Below, piece by piece: positions 35,930 through 45,832 of a stretch of 56,719 nt of DNA (positions within the stretch are counted from its first letter, which is position 1; each line of letters starts with the position of its first letter). This DNA comes from a virus. Taxonomy: Duplodnaviria; Caudoviricetes. The stretch is from IMG/VR virus record IMGVR_UViG_3300028025_001269, positions 1-56,719 of that record; one strand, 5' to 3'. The notes below the pieces were generated by a model, which was not told the origin of the DNA, did no database searches, and saw only the letters and a program-made list of their open reading frames with translations. Both the position numbers and the translations under genes were made by a program.

Positions 35930-37276
35930 TTATAACTCCGCTGAACTTGTAATTGTTGCTGTTCCTGAGTTCCATCTTAAAATACCAGCCCTGCCGCCCG
36001 TTGTACCGCTAGCAGTAGCGTTTGTTGTAAATTGATTTGGGGATGCACTTTTTAATGCCAATACGGTGCAAGTATATCCAGCAGTTCCGTCTGCAATAGA
36101 AAGGGTATTTGCTGCTGTATAAGTTACAGAAGGTGCAGTACGCATTGTTGTTGGGTATTGATACATTGCTTGAACACCGCCTGAAGTACAAGCCCCTACA
36201 CCAAAATCAGCTTCAGCAGTAGCAGACAAAACAAAACAATATCTTTGACACAAAGCCAACTCTTGCTGATACTGTCTGTATTCAAATGAAGTAGCTTGTG
36301 TGCCTACCTCTAGCTGAACTCCAGTAACATACCAAGTAGCACCGTTTGTGCCTACTACTGAGGTTGCGCCTGTGACTGAAGAAAGCGCAGTACCAGCCGA
36401 CCATGCACCAGCAGTTCCGCTTCTATCTGCGCCAGCACCTAAACCAAAAATTAAAGTAATCCCAACACCATTTGTTGTTAGCCAAGTTCCTGTGGTTTCG
36501 CCAGCAATTGTTACGGATTTTTGTTCCCAAGTGTTAGCGGCAGAAATTGTGTAACTAAATGGATAACTTCTGTCTGCGGCAGAATTTCTTAACGCCCCAC
36601 CAAATGTACCAGTTAAACTAGAACGAACCCAAAATGATAAAGTAACCGTTTTAGCGTTGGCTGTTCCCCAACCTAAATCTGCAATGTTATATCCTTCAAT
36701 AAGTTGCCTGACACCAAATGTTTCAGTTGCGCCAACTGTGTAAGCAGATAATGAAGTTACCCCAAGATAATCATTAAATCCTACTGGGGGTGTTACTGCA
36801 CCAGCATCTTGTTGTATGCTAAATTTTGATGCTTGAGATAAAGTAGTTGTCCACCTATCTAATGTATAGGTAGCTGCGGTAGGAGTAACACTAGCACCAG
36901 CGTTCCTTTGGTCAATAACCATTGCACCGTTTATAATGCGATTACGACCAACAACAACAGATTGCAAGTTACTGTCTAATTGATTACGAGTAATACTATT
37001 AGCAGGAACAGTAAAGCTCTGCATAGTAGTAGAAAGATAACGAACGTAAATATTGCTAGTCCCTGAACTAGGTGCAGAAGTAAAGGTAATAGTTGTACCA
37101 CTAAGGGTATAAGCAGAGTTAGGTTGTTGTACTACATTGTTGACTACTGCCTCAATGTCGTTAACCGAGTTAACAGTACGAGTTAAAGTAAACGCAGTCT
37201 GTGATCCTGTACCATTAAAGTAATCAGTACCAGAGATAAAGCTCTGAGTAGTTGGTGTTGAGCCGATGTAAGCCAT
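35930..37276 (-). CDS. Tail fibre / receptor-binding protein
   Basis: MAYIG N-module shared with 34229-35209; body shared with 32833-33816. Confidence 0.78.
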   Translation of the reverse strand: MAYIGSTPTTQSFISGTDYFNGTGSQTAFTLTRTVNSVNDIEAVVNNVVQQPNSAYTLSGTTITFTSAPSSGTSNIYVRYLSTTMQSFTVPANSITRNQLDSNLQSVVVGRNRIINGAMVIDQRNAGASVTPTAATYTLDRWTTTLSQASKFSIQQDAGAVTPPVGFNDYLGVTSLSAYTVGATETFGVRQLIEGYNIADLGWGTANAKTVTLSFWVRSSLTGTFGGALRNSAADRSYPFSYTISAANTWEQKSVTIAGETTGTWLTTNGVGITLIFGLGAGADRSGTAGAWSAGTALSSVTGATSVVGTNGATWYVTGVQLEVGTQATSFEYRQYQQELALCQRYCFVLSATAEADFGVGACTSGGVQAMYQYPTTMRTAPSVTYTAANTLSIADGTAGYTCTVLALKSASPNQFTTNATASGTTGGRAGILRWNSGTATITSSAEL

Positions 37277-37602
37277 TAACTAATCTCCAAGAGACTCGCA
37301 ATAACGTCAGCAGAACTAGCAGCTGAACTAACTACTTTAAGAACATCAGCAGCTTCTAACACAAGCTTCTGATCACCACCAATAGGCACAAGAGAACCAC
37401 CCACTGGAACTACAGCACCTTTAACGATGTAGTAATCTGTTGCACTAGAGGTCACATAAATGTCCACAGTGATGGGACTAGATAGAATGTTACCTACTGT
37501 CATACCAATGATGGTAGTCTGTGTAGCAGATGGACAGGTATAAACTGTCGCAGCTGAAGTGCCTACAGCTTTACTGAATTGATTTTTGAATGTGTTAGCC
37601 AT
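37276..37602 (-). CDS. Small beta-rich virion protein
   Basis: MANTFKN...VYTCP...KLVLEA.D; resembles 53319-53675. Confidence 0.65.
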   Translation of the reverse strand: MANTFKNQFSKAVGTSAATVYTCPSATQTTIIGMTVGNILSSPITVDIYVTSSATDYYIVKGAVVPVGGSLVPIGGDQKLVLEAADVLKVVSSAASSADVIASLLEIS

Positions 37603-37611
37603 TTGTTTTCC

Positions 37612-39060
37612 TTATCCCAATGCGATTGCTAAACTGACTGCAGTACCTGCTGGATCAAAGTCTGTTGTATTTGCAGTAGCTGCTGTTCCTAAACCTAAAC
37701 TTGTTCGGGCTGTTGAACCAGACTCCAATACGAAGTTAGTACCGTTACCTACAATGAAACCATTGTCACTAGGTGTTAGTCCTGCAATGTCAGCTAACTG
37801 TGCATCGTAAGCCTGCACATCAGTACCGACAGTAAGACCTAAAGAAGTCTTTAAAGTAGCACCAGACTCCACTACGAAGTTAGTACCATTGCCGATGATA
37901 ACACCATTATCTGTAGGTGTCAATCCTGCAACATCAGCTAACTGGGCATCATAGGCTTGTACATCTGTGCCAATAGCTAGACCTAGGAAGGAACGAGCAG
38001 CGGATCCACCTGCACCTAAAGTAGTTAAGTCAGCATCATATGCCTGTACATCGGTACCGATTGCTAGACCTAAACTTGTTCTAGCTGTAGTTCCTGTCTC
38101 AACTACAAAGTTGCTGCCGTTACCAATAACGATACCATTGTCAGTAGGTGTCAAACCAGCAATGTCAGCTAACTGTGCATCATAAGCTTGTACGTCTGTG
38201 CCGATAACTAAACCTAAAGAAGTCCTAGCTGTAGCACCTGACTCGGTTACAAAGGTACTTCCGTTACCTACAATGATTGCATTGTCTGTTGGGGTAAGAC
38301 CAGATAGGGCAGCAAGTTCAGCATCATAAGCCTGTACGTCAGTGCCAATCACTAAACCTAAAGTTGTACGTGCTGTAGCTGCATCAGCATCATCTATTAA
38401 ACTACGACCAAAAGAAGTTAGGTCTGCTACTGCAGCAGTACCCGATCCAGTAAAGTAGGGGAGTTTATTAGCTGCAGAAGTTAAACCAGCTAAAGCTGCT
38501 AACTCAGCATCGTAGGCTTGAACATCAGTACCAATGGCTAAGCCAAGTGAAGTACGGGCAGTAGCCCCAGACTCAGCTACGAAGTTAGTACCATTACCAA
38601 TAATAACTGCATTGTCAGTGGGAGTTAAACCAGCAATGTCAGTGAGTTGTGCATCTAAAGGCTGCTTACCATCTAGCTGAGTTTGAATGGCAGAGGTAAC
38701 ACCATCAACAAAGTTTAGCTCAGTAGCTGTTGGAGTGAGGAGAGTACCATTTAAATCTAGGGCATCAATGTATGCAGTACCATCAATGTACAAATCTTTA
38801 TACTGAAATGTAGCAGAACCTAAGTCTACGGTATTCGTAGTCTTTGGGGTAGCACCGCCAGTTGTTACTACGATGTCTTGTGCAGGACCAATCTTAGTAA
38901 TTGGTGCACCTTCAGAATCAGTGCCGTCATGCGTATGCCCTGAAGCTTCATCAAATGCAACAGCAAGAGCATCAAACTCTAAATCTAAATCCGATGCATT
39001 GATAATATTACCGTCAGCAATATTGTTAACGGTATCAGCACGACTATAACCTGTAGACAT
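37612..39060 (-). CDS. Proximal tail fibre with tandem repeats
   Basis: N-terminal GHTHDG motif; six [16 protein letters not shown] repeats. Confidence 0.8.
   Translation of the reverse strand: MSTGYSRADTVNNIADGNIINASDLDLEFDALAVAFDEASGHTHDGTDSEGAPITKIGPAQDIVVTTGGATPKTTNTVDLGSATFQYKDLYIDGTAYIDALDLNGTLLTPTATELNFVDGVTSAIQTQLDGKQPLDAQLTDIAGLTPTDNAVIIGNGTNFVAESGATARTSLGLAIGTDVQAYDAELAALAGLTSAANKLPYFTGSGTAAVADLTSFGRSLIDDADAATARTTLGLVIGTDVQAYDAELAALSGLTPTDNAIIVGNGSTFVTESGATARTSLGLVIGTDVQAYDAQLADIAGLTPTDNGIVIGNGSNFVVETGTTARTSLGLAIGTDVQAYDADLTTLGAGGSAARSFLGLAIGTDVQAYDAQLADVAGLTPTDNGVIIGNGTNFVVESGATLKTSLGLTVGTDVQAYDAQLADIAGLTPSDNGFIVGNGTNFVLESGSTARTSLGLGTAATANTTDFDPAGTAVSLAIALG
37700..38660 (-). repeat. 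Tandem coding repeats of about 48 aa in the tail fibre
   Basis: GTDVQAYDA six times and LTP[TS]DN..I[IV]GNG five times; boundaries approximate. Confidence 0.85.
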
Positions 39061-39069
39061 ATCTTTACC

Positions 39070-41049
39070 TTATCGTCTGTCGAATGTTGCGTATTCTAAA
39101 GTTGCAGCATCAAGTGAAAATGCAGGATCAGTACTCTCTGAAACAAACTGAAGTGACACAGTAAAACCAGATCCTACAACTTGTGTTTGAAATAGTTTCT
39201 TTAACTTAGTTCCGTACCTAGCAGATCCGTATGTAGCTGTTGGTGATCCATAAAAACCTACAGCACCTGTGTCGTTTGATAATGTTATGGTATCTGGTTG
39301 TATCACACCTTCATCATCAAAGTCAAGCTTTAAGTTAGCAGATGTGGTAACACTACCCAATGGATCTGTATACAAGAACAACTTATAGAATGTCTTGCGT
39401 AGTCTAGGATCCGTCATAGGCACAAATGGAGTAGAGAATGTAGCTATAATATTAGCCCCATCAAAGCTACTTCCAGATTCCATCTTATATACATAGCCAT
39501 CTGTCTGAGCAAATACTATAGTCTCAAGTCTTGAGAAGTAATCACTGTCTGCTACAAACGCTCTAATGCCACGCATCTCAGCCCAAGAGATTTCACCTGT
39601 CTCATTACCGATGATCTGTGTACCTAAAATACCAACAGCATTCTGTGTAGTTACAGCAGAACTAAATCCAAATAAACGATACTGGGACTTCTCTCGAATA
39701 ACAACACTGCAGAATGAGGTAGAAGAAGCAATGAAGCTAGTCATCTCACTCTGGATAGGCTTTGATACTACTGCTAAACTAAAGTCACCGAACTTATCCG
39801 TACCAGTCAAAAGTCTCAGACCGTCAGGACCTAAGAACATAATGTCAGATCCAATTTCTTGGATGGTATCAGTGTCAATACACCCGATGTTTAATGTGAT
39901 TGGCTGTAATACAAAGTCAGCTAAACTGTTACCAGTTAAACGTGAGATTCTCTGTTGACTAAAGATAATCAATTGCTCACGGAATACAATCATACCAGTG
40001 ACGGCACTGCCTACACTTAATACACCTGCACCATTAGCAGGATTAAAATCATTGTCTGTATAAGGAGAAGTAAAAGTTACCGTATCTCCTTTAGCGTAGA
40101 ACATCTGGTTCTTAAACCAGCAAATATGTTCTGCAGCTTGTACGTCACTTGGTGCAGAGTTTAATGCAGTGAAAGTAGTATTGTCATAAATGAATGGGGC
40201 ATTGACACTGTCAACACCTGCAATCTTTTCTGTAGTACCAATACGATACTTCTCAAATCTATTCTTTGAACTACCTGATCTGTTAGCAGTCAGGAAAGTA
40301 ATAGCTGCATTATCTGCAGGACTAGATGCTAGATTTGGATTAATACTTAAAGTAGCACCACCTGAAGTTACTGTTGCATCTGCTAGTACTGTGTATACTA
40401 AATTCACACCAGCTATGGTAAATGTGTCACCTTCTTGTGGAGCAGAGGTAAGACCATCTACAGTTAAACTAGCACCCGTCTGTGAACCACCATTAACAAG
40501 TACAGTGCCGTAGCTAGGTATGTTAATCTGACTCCAACCAAAGCTAGAGCTTTTAAATACAGAGTTATTCCGTACTGCAAGAACTCTACTACGCCATGCA
40601 GCTACGCCAATAATTGTTCCTGTATTGCTTGTTACCGTAATGACAGCAGCATTAGCTGGGCTGGATGCAAGGCTAGTGGTTAGTGTTAATGTAGCACGTT
40701 TGTAAGTAGAGTTGTATGCAACACCACCTGCTGCTATAGTATATGTTCCTGCTACACCTGCAATAGTAAAGACAGTTCCCTCTGCAGGTGAGGTATATAG
40801 ATTTGCTACTATTAAAGTTGTTCCTGTTTGACCACTACCATGAACTCGGATACTGGCGTAGGAGGGAACAGCAGCAGTGTCGTACTTTTCAAAGCCTTCA
40901 ATTCTACGATAGCCACCCTCAATGGAGGGTTCAAAGTTACGTAGTACCCTAGCACTGCCCGGTAAAGATATACCATGCTGTAGTGGGGACAAGTTTGTTA
41001 CTAGACCACCCCTAAACTCAAACGGGTACGTCTGCCATTTATCTGCCAT
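39070..41049 (-). CDS. Tail nozzle / tubular protein B-like beta-propeller
   Basis: F.GGL, NFEP...GGYRRI.G and IGC...DTIQE motifs; follows the adaptor gene. Confidence 0.7.
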   Translation of the reverse strand: MADKWQTYPFEFRGGLVTNLSPLQHGISLPGSARVLRNFEPSIEGGYRRIEGFEKYDTAAVPSYASIRVHGSGQTGTTLIVANLYTSPAEGTVFTIAGVAGTYTIAAGGVAYNSTYKRATLTLTTSLASSPANAAVITVTSNTGTIIGVAAWRSRVLAVRNNSVFKSSSFGWSQINIPSYGTVLVNGGSQTGASLTVDGLTSAPQEGDTFTIAGVNLVYTVLADATVTSGGATLSINPNLASSPADNAAITFLTANRSGSSKNRFEKYRIGTTEKIAGVDSVNAPFIYDNTTFTALNSAPSDVQAAEHICWFKNQMFYAKGDTVTFTSPYTDNDFNPANGAGVLSVGSAVTGMIVFREQLIIFSQQRISRLTGNSLADFVLQPITLNIGCIDTDTIQEIGSDIMFLGPDGLRLLTGTDKFGDFSLAVVSKPIQSEMTSFIASSTSFCSVVIREKSQYRLFGFSSAVTTQNAVGILGTQIIGNETGEISWAEMRGIRAFVADSDYFSRLETIVFAQTDGYVYKMESGSSFDGANIIATFSTPFVPMTDPRLRKTFYKLFLYTDPLGSVTTSANLKLDFDDEGVIQPDTITLSNDTGAVGFYGSPTATYGSARYGTKLKKLFQTQVVGSGFTVSLQFVSESTDPAFSLDAATLEYATFDRR

Positions 41050-41771
41050 TAGGAAACCCTAGAGCCAGCAATAGTACGTTTGTTATTTGCTAGTGCAGTT
41101 CCTCTTACATAGTCATACCTATTGATCAGTATGATACGCATATGCTTAATGCCCTCGTCAAACTTAGCTTTAGCAATAGCTGCTGCTTGTTCGTTACTAC
41201 GGAACATATAAGCATAGTACATAGCACCTTCGTCAATGATGTGACGATACATCTCAGGAATGATAGGTGTATCTGTAGCATTCTCTAGAGGAGTAGTACT
41301 AGCGTAGTATTCGTACACTAAAGTAAAAGCTTCTTTAGGTGAAGGCACAACCCCGAATTCACGATCAGGAGTTTGAAATACATATTGGGGGATGTTACGA
41401 ACACTAGTGTCAGATGTATACTCTTGATCAGCAAACTTCTCTAAGTACTCTTCATAAGAGATAATACGAAGTTTAACTGTGTCATTATTAAATGTAGAAT
41501 TCTTCTTAATGCGGAAAGTATCGAAGTCAATAGTTTTCGCATTAGCAGGATAAGCATAGCGAGTAGTACCCGCAGTGAGTGTAGTTTCCTGTGTAACATG
41601 ATTCCAGTGCCATTGAAACTGCAACTGGTTGATATCTTGTATTGCTGAGTTTACTGCATCTTTAGCATGCGAGTAGAATCCTTTAGCACTAGCAAAGTTA
41701 GCACTTGTCAACTCTACTTCATTAAGACGTTTGTTAACGTCATTAACTAAACCTAAGAAGTTATAAGCCAC
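41049..41771 (-). CDS. Head-tail adaptor / tail tubular protein A-like
   Basis: FL.LVN.V..RLNE, W.W, P.P and P.IPE motifs; position. Confidence 0.7.
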   Translation of the reverse strand: MAYNFLGLVNDVNKRLNEVELTSANFASAKGFYSHAKDAVNSAIQDINQLQFQWHWNHVTQETTLTAGTTRYAYPANAKTIDFDTFRIKKNSTFNNDTVKLRIISYEEYLEKFADQEYTSDTSVRNIPQYVFQTPDREFGVVPSPKEAFTLVYEYYASTTPLENATDTPIIPEMYRHIIDEGAMYYAYMFRSNEQAAAIAKAKFDEGIKHMRIILINRYDYVRGTALANNKRTIAGSRVS

Positions 41772-41789
41772 GCTATTGCCTTTATTCTA

Positions 41790-41820
41790 AAGAAAGAAAG
41801 TGGGGGCTTGTGACCCCCAC
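41790..41820 (-). terminator. Rho-independent terminator after the capsid genes
   Basis: Minus strand GTGGGGG-TCACAAG-CCCCCAC then TTTCTTTCTT. Confidence 0.75.
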
Positions 41821-41837
41821 CCCACTACATTAACCGA

Positions 41838-42245
41838 TTAGGCTAATAAATCACGATCTACAGAAGTTGCTTCTGCTGCATTCTCGTTAACATCAACGAT
41901 AACTGCAAACAAGCGACCTGTTACAATACCGGGCGAACCAGTAATGGTAGTTACAACGTCAATGGTATCAGCAGCTGAAATCAAACCAGCTGTAGTACCT
42001 ACACGAATAGTACCAGCTGCGGTATTATCCAATGACAGGTCATTACCAAATACAGTTGTACCATCAGTGATATCGAAAGTGTAAACTGAAATATCAGGTA
42101 CAGTTACGCTTGGCTCGAAACCCGCTGCCAACACCAAGGTACCAGCAGGTACGGAGATACCTACAGTAGTACCAGCAGTAGCTGGAAGCGAGATATACTT
42201 CTCAACCATAATAGGTTGATTTTTTACGGATTGGACTAAAGACAT
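41838..42245 (-). CDS. Probable capsid decoration / minor capsid protein
   Basis: Beta-rich; directly after the MCP and before the terminator; AAGGAG RBS. Confidence 0.6.
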   Translation of the reverse strand: MSLVQSVKNQPIMVEKYISLPATAGTTVGISVPAGTLVLAAGFEPSVTVPDISVYTFDITDGTTVFGNDLSLDNTAAGTIRVGTTAGLISAADTIDVVTTITGSPGIVTGRLFAVIVDVNENAAEATSVDRDLLA

Positions 42246-42262
42246 TTCTATTTCTCCTTAAA

Positions 42263-43333
42263 TTAAGCTGCGTTGTAACGGGCAACAACAATACCTTCTG
42301 GACGAAGAATCTTGCGACCATACAAGTGCATACCACGTACAATGTCAGCAAAGCTGTCAGGATCACGATAGCTCTCGGTCTTGGTGATTTGCTGAGCAGA
42401 AGCAACAGCAGAATCGTGACCAGCAACAACTACACCAAAGTTGGTGGACTGAGCAGAAGCACCAGAAGTGCCAGCACCAGTACCTACTTTAGGCAGATTG
42501 CTAGAAACGAATACACGGAAACCATGGAGGTTGTTGAGGATCAAACCGTTTTGCAAGCCAGAACCACCGAAGTCACCGTTCAAAAGTCGGCTGTCTTCGT
42601 CTTTGAGAATCTCAACGAATACTGGATCGACAACTAACCAACGACCTTGTGTGTCAACTTGTTGCTGATCTAACAGACGAGCCATACGAGCGATAACTTG
42701 CAATGGGGATACGACTGTTGATGGCAGGGCTGTTGCACCGGGCAGACGAGCAGCTAAAGGAATTGAATCGCCAGTAGAACCAGCGGTTGTCAATTGACCA
42801 AAGCTTGGACGGCTCAACTTCATCGAAGCTAACAACTCATCGCTGCCAGCAGAAGTTACAGCTTTAGTACCGGGGAATGTGGTACGAACTGTATTTGGAT
42901 CACCATGCTTAGCGGACTGTTGGAAGCCTGAGAGATAACCTAAAACGTCTTGGTCATACTGGTCACGCAAGCGATAAGCTGCACGATCAGAAGCCATGCT
43001 CATGAAGTTAACGTGGCTGTGTGCTGCTTCGATATCGTCAATCTTGAATGCGAAGTAGTTAGCTTGGTCAACAACGAGTGTGAAGTCTTCGTCATTCAGA
43101 TCTTGTGCAGTGATTTGTGTACCACGAGCATACGACTGAACCGAAACTTCTGGCTCTTTGATGATCTTTACAGAGTCACCCATGTTAGCGATTTCACCGA
43201 AGTAATCGCTGTTAGTGATAGCTTCTACAGTTGAAGCTTTACGGAATGCAAGTTGTACTTGCTTGGAATAGATTACTGGGCTAAAATTACCATTAGGTAA
43301 ATTGCCGTAACCAGCTGCGGATGGGAATGCCAT
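42263..43333 (-). CDS. Major capsid protein (HK97 fold)
   Basis: F.P.IYS, GEI...GD.VKI, F.IDDIE, GRWLVV.P and D.VRG..LYG.K.LRPE motifs; strong RBS. Confidence 0.92.
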   Translation of the reverse strand: MAFPSAAGYGNLPNGNFSPVIYSKQVQLAFRKASTVEAITNSDYFGEIANMGDSVKIIKEPEVSVQSYARGTQITAQDLNDEDFTLVVDQANYFAFKIDDIEAAHSHVNFMSMASDRAAYRLRDQYDQDVLGYLSGFQQSAKHGDPNTVRTTFPGTKAVTSAGSDELLASMKLSRPSFGQLTTAGSTGDSIPLAARLPGATALPSTVVSPLQVIARMARLLDQQQVDTQGRWLVVDPVFVEILKDEDSRLLNGDFGGSGLQNGLILNNLHGFRVFVSSNLPKVGTGAGTSGASAQSTNFGVVVAGHDSAVASAQQITKTESYRDPDSFADIVRGMHLYGRKILRPEGIVVARYNAA

Positions 43334-43600
43334 TTTGTATTTCTCCTAAATTGAATGGAAGTTACTACTACGCTTAACTCAGTAGCAGAGCCTCTTCGAT
43401 TAGGTGCGTATAGCTTAGACTTCTAGATTATCTAAGATATACGGGCTAACTCTGTAGGGTAGTCTGGTGCCGTATTGTCTTTGCGTTTACTTAGTACTAC
43501 ATGGTTTTTGTCTATGGTAGATGGTTGGCTTAGCTAAAGCGGCATCTTAAGACGGATTAAGAAGGGTAAGTAAGCCGAAGCTTACCTATCCCTTTGTACT
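43334..43600 (-). promoter_or_regulatory. Long structured 5' leader of the capsid gene
   Basis: C(UUCG)G hairpin at about 43562-43594 and two hairpins with CC/CA(A)C internal loops. Confidence 0.65.
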
Positions 43601-43602
43601 AC

Positions 43603-43631
43603 AGTTATAAACTTATTTCTACGTTTGTCAA
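43603..43631 (-). promoter_or_regulatory. Capsid gene promoter
   Basis: TTGACA-N16-TATAACT on the minus strand. Confidence 0.7.
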
Positions 43632-43634
43632 GCT

Positions 43635-44507
43635 TTATCGTGCTGAACCTGATTTATCGTAGATAAACTTACCAGATTGAATAGCAGCAATAATTGCCTC
43701 TTGGTTACGCTCATAGTCAATAGAACTCATGCGCTCTACTTCTGACTCACGGAAAGTACCCTGTTCAGACGAGGCATCAAAGCCCGTTTTACGGGAAGAA
43801 CCTACGGCTGAAGCTGCTGCCTTGTCATCCGACTTACGGGTACGCTTAGAGGTAGTAATACCCTTATCTGCCTTATACAAATCAATAGCACGAGCAGCAG
43901 ATATTGCATCATTCTCATTCTCATACAGGGCACTTTGGACCCACTTAGGCTGTGCTTCTACCCAGTCATGGAACTCATCTTGCTCACGGATCTGATCAAA
44001 GTCAGGGTGTAAGCGGAGTAAGTCTGCCTCAGCCTTTTCCTTGGCAGTCTGTGCTTCACGCTGATCTAAAGCTTTGAATCGCTCCTCCAGTACAGCACTT
44101 TGTTCCTTTGCCTTCTTGAGGGCTATGGTTTCAACAATCTTAGCTACCTCGGGGAACTCCCGTGACCACTGCTCTAGCTCCTCTTCAGACTTTGGCAGTT
44201 TAATCTGCTGACTAGCTGTCTGTTCTAGGGAAGCCTTTAAATCATCAATTTGTTTCTGCATCTCAACTTGTTGCTTTTGAGTATGCCTACGTAGATCACC
44301 ATAACGCTTCTTAAAGCTTTTCTCTTCTGCACTTAACCCTTCATCACTACCATTGTCCTCATCTTCAGGATCTTTAGGGGGTGCTGAGTTTTTTTCAGTC
44401 AGCGTCTTAAGTTCTTCTTCTTCTTGTTTAATTCTGGCTTCGTTTGCATTACGTGTTGCAAAACCAGCCACGACTTTTTTAGGTACTTCTACTTGTGTGA
44501 GTTCCAT
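43635..44507 (-). CDS. Capsid scaffolding protein
   Basis: Acidic coiled coil; FKKRYGDLRRH and HPDF...F.DW motifs; directly upstream of the MCP. Confidence 0.8.
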   Translation of the reverse strand: MELTQVEVPKKVVAGFATRNANEARIKQEEEELKTLTEKNSAPPKDPEDEDNGSDEGLSAEEKSFKKRYGDLRRHTQKQQVEMQKQIDDLKASLEQTASQQIKLPKSEEELEQWSREFPEVAKIVETIALKKAKEQSAVLEERFKALDQREAQTAKEKAEADLLRLHPDFDQIREQDEFHDWVEAQPKWVQSALYENENDAISAARAIDLYKADKGITTSKRTRKSDDKAAASAVGSSRKTGFDASSEQGTFRESEVERMSSIDYERNQEAIIAAIQSGKFIYDKSGSAR

Positions 44508-44525
44508 CTTTTCCTCTTTTGTTGG

Positions 44526-44566
44526 GGCTAACAGTTGCCAGTGTTTAACTGGGGTATTAGGTAGCC
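44526..44566 (-). promoter_or_regulatory. Structured leader hairpin of the scaffold gene
   Basis: GGC-TACC-TAATA-CC-CCAG..CTGG-CAAC-TGTTA-GCC. Confidence 0.6.
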
Positions 44567-44584
44567 ATGAATAAGGGGGTAATG

Positions 44585-45823
44585 TTAAGACTTCTTACCT
44601 GCCAGCCCCTTTCTGGTAGTTACTTTCTTTTCTACGTCTGGCTTACGTTTTGCCAGTAATGGTTGTTTGCTGTATTTTACCATGTTTGTACTGATTAGTC
44701 CACCCTCAGCTGCACCAATAGTTTCTACGGGTTCATAGCCGGAGGGGATAGGCTGTTGTGGTTTATCATCTTTGAAAGAGATTAAAGTACTTTGCCCCTC
44801 TGGGTTAGCATACTTACGAAGTTCAAACTTATCTGGCTGTACTTGAGTCAAGTTTAAACTGGTATCCGCTTCACCTTCAATTGTCTGATCCCCAAAACTT
44901 TTTCCCCGTCTACGGAAGGTTAAGAATCCCATTGGATCGCCTTCAGAAGTATTGCCACCATAAATGCTATTTAGAATACTGCCGCCAATAGCTTCTGTGA
45001 CTAGCTTCTTGCCTGTCTTTTCTATTATATTATCTCTAATAGGAGGAGGTGTATATATCTCTCCGGGTTGATAAGAGCCAGCAATGTTCTGTGCTACTGC
45101 CTTTTCTCCAATGCCTTGATTCGTCAAAGTAGAAATGTCTTGGGCTACGAAAGGATCCATACCCTCTTGAGTTAATACCTTTGCCATGTACTCATCACTA
45201 ACTCCACCGGGCTGTGCACGTAAGCTTTCTGCCTGTGCAGCAGCAAAGTCTGCATCTGCCTGAATAGAGGGGGGTGTGGCTTGCCCATAGCCCAATTCAC
45301 TGCGGACAGTGTTATACCCCTGATTTACGCCATACCCAACACCGCCCATGACACCACCAACAACACTGCCCTTTAAGACGGCTTCACCAATATCGTCTCC
45401 TCGAACAGCAGCTGTAGCACCAGAACTTCCACCACCCAAAACTGCACCCGTAGTAACTGCCCCAGTTATACCACCACCTGCCCACTCGTTAATGCCGGGT
45501 GCAAACTGAGAACCTGCATATGCAACACCAAAGGATAAAGCAATATCTTCGAGCTTTCCACCTTTAATAGCAGTGTTAGCTGCTGCAATATAGGGAAGTA
45601 AATAATACTGTTGAGTAGCAATAGCAGCAATAGTAGCAACACTACCAACAGGGTCTTTAGCCATAGGCTGAATTACATTCTTATCAATGGCTTCTCCTAC
45701 GTCTCCAATAGCAGGACCGGGGTCAATTTCAGCTAGTTGCTCACCTGCTGCTTCTGTCCAGTTGTCTGCTTTATCAATTGCATCATCAACAAAGCCAATA
45801 CCTGTTGGTCCACCACCACACAT
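44585..45823 (-). CDS. Gly/Ala-rich probable internal virion (pilot-like) protein
   Basis: MCGGG N-terminus, glycine-zipper hydrophobic segments and C-terminal AAEGG...KGL. Confidence 0.55.
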   Translation of the reverse strand: MCGGGPTGIGFVDDAIDKADNWTEAAGEQLAEIDPGPAIGDVGEAIDKNVIQPMAKDPVGSVATIAAIATQQYYLLPYIAAANTAIKGGKLEDIALSFGVAYAGSQFAPGINEWAGGGITGAVTTGAVLGGGSSGATAAVRGDDIGEAVLKGSVVGGVMGGVGYGVNQGYNTVRSELGYGQATPPSIQADADFAAAQAESLRAQPGGVSDEYMAKVLTQEGMDPFVAQDISTLTNQGIGEKAVAQNIAGSYQPGEIYTPPPIRDNIIEKTGKKLVTEAIGGSILNSIYGGNTSEGDPMGFLTFRRRGKSFGDQTIEGEADTSLNLTQVQPDKFELRKYANPEGQSTLISFKDDKPQQPIPSGYEPVETIGAAEGGLISTNMVKYSKQPLLAKRKPDVEKKVTTRKGLAGKKS

Positions 45824-45832
45824 ATCGTATCC

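Noticed and set aside
31731-37276. Paralogous tail-fibre repeats as a diversity-generating retroelement or invertible shufflon
   Set aside because: There is no reverse transcriptase, the differences are not adenine-specific, all cassettes are co-oriented and no invertase lies next to them.
39078-39089. Partial class A operator match TGTCGAATGTT at the end of the nozzle gene (also partial matches near 1733 and 4168)
   Set aside because: The right half-site is missing and the matches lie in coding sequence, so they are plausibly chance.
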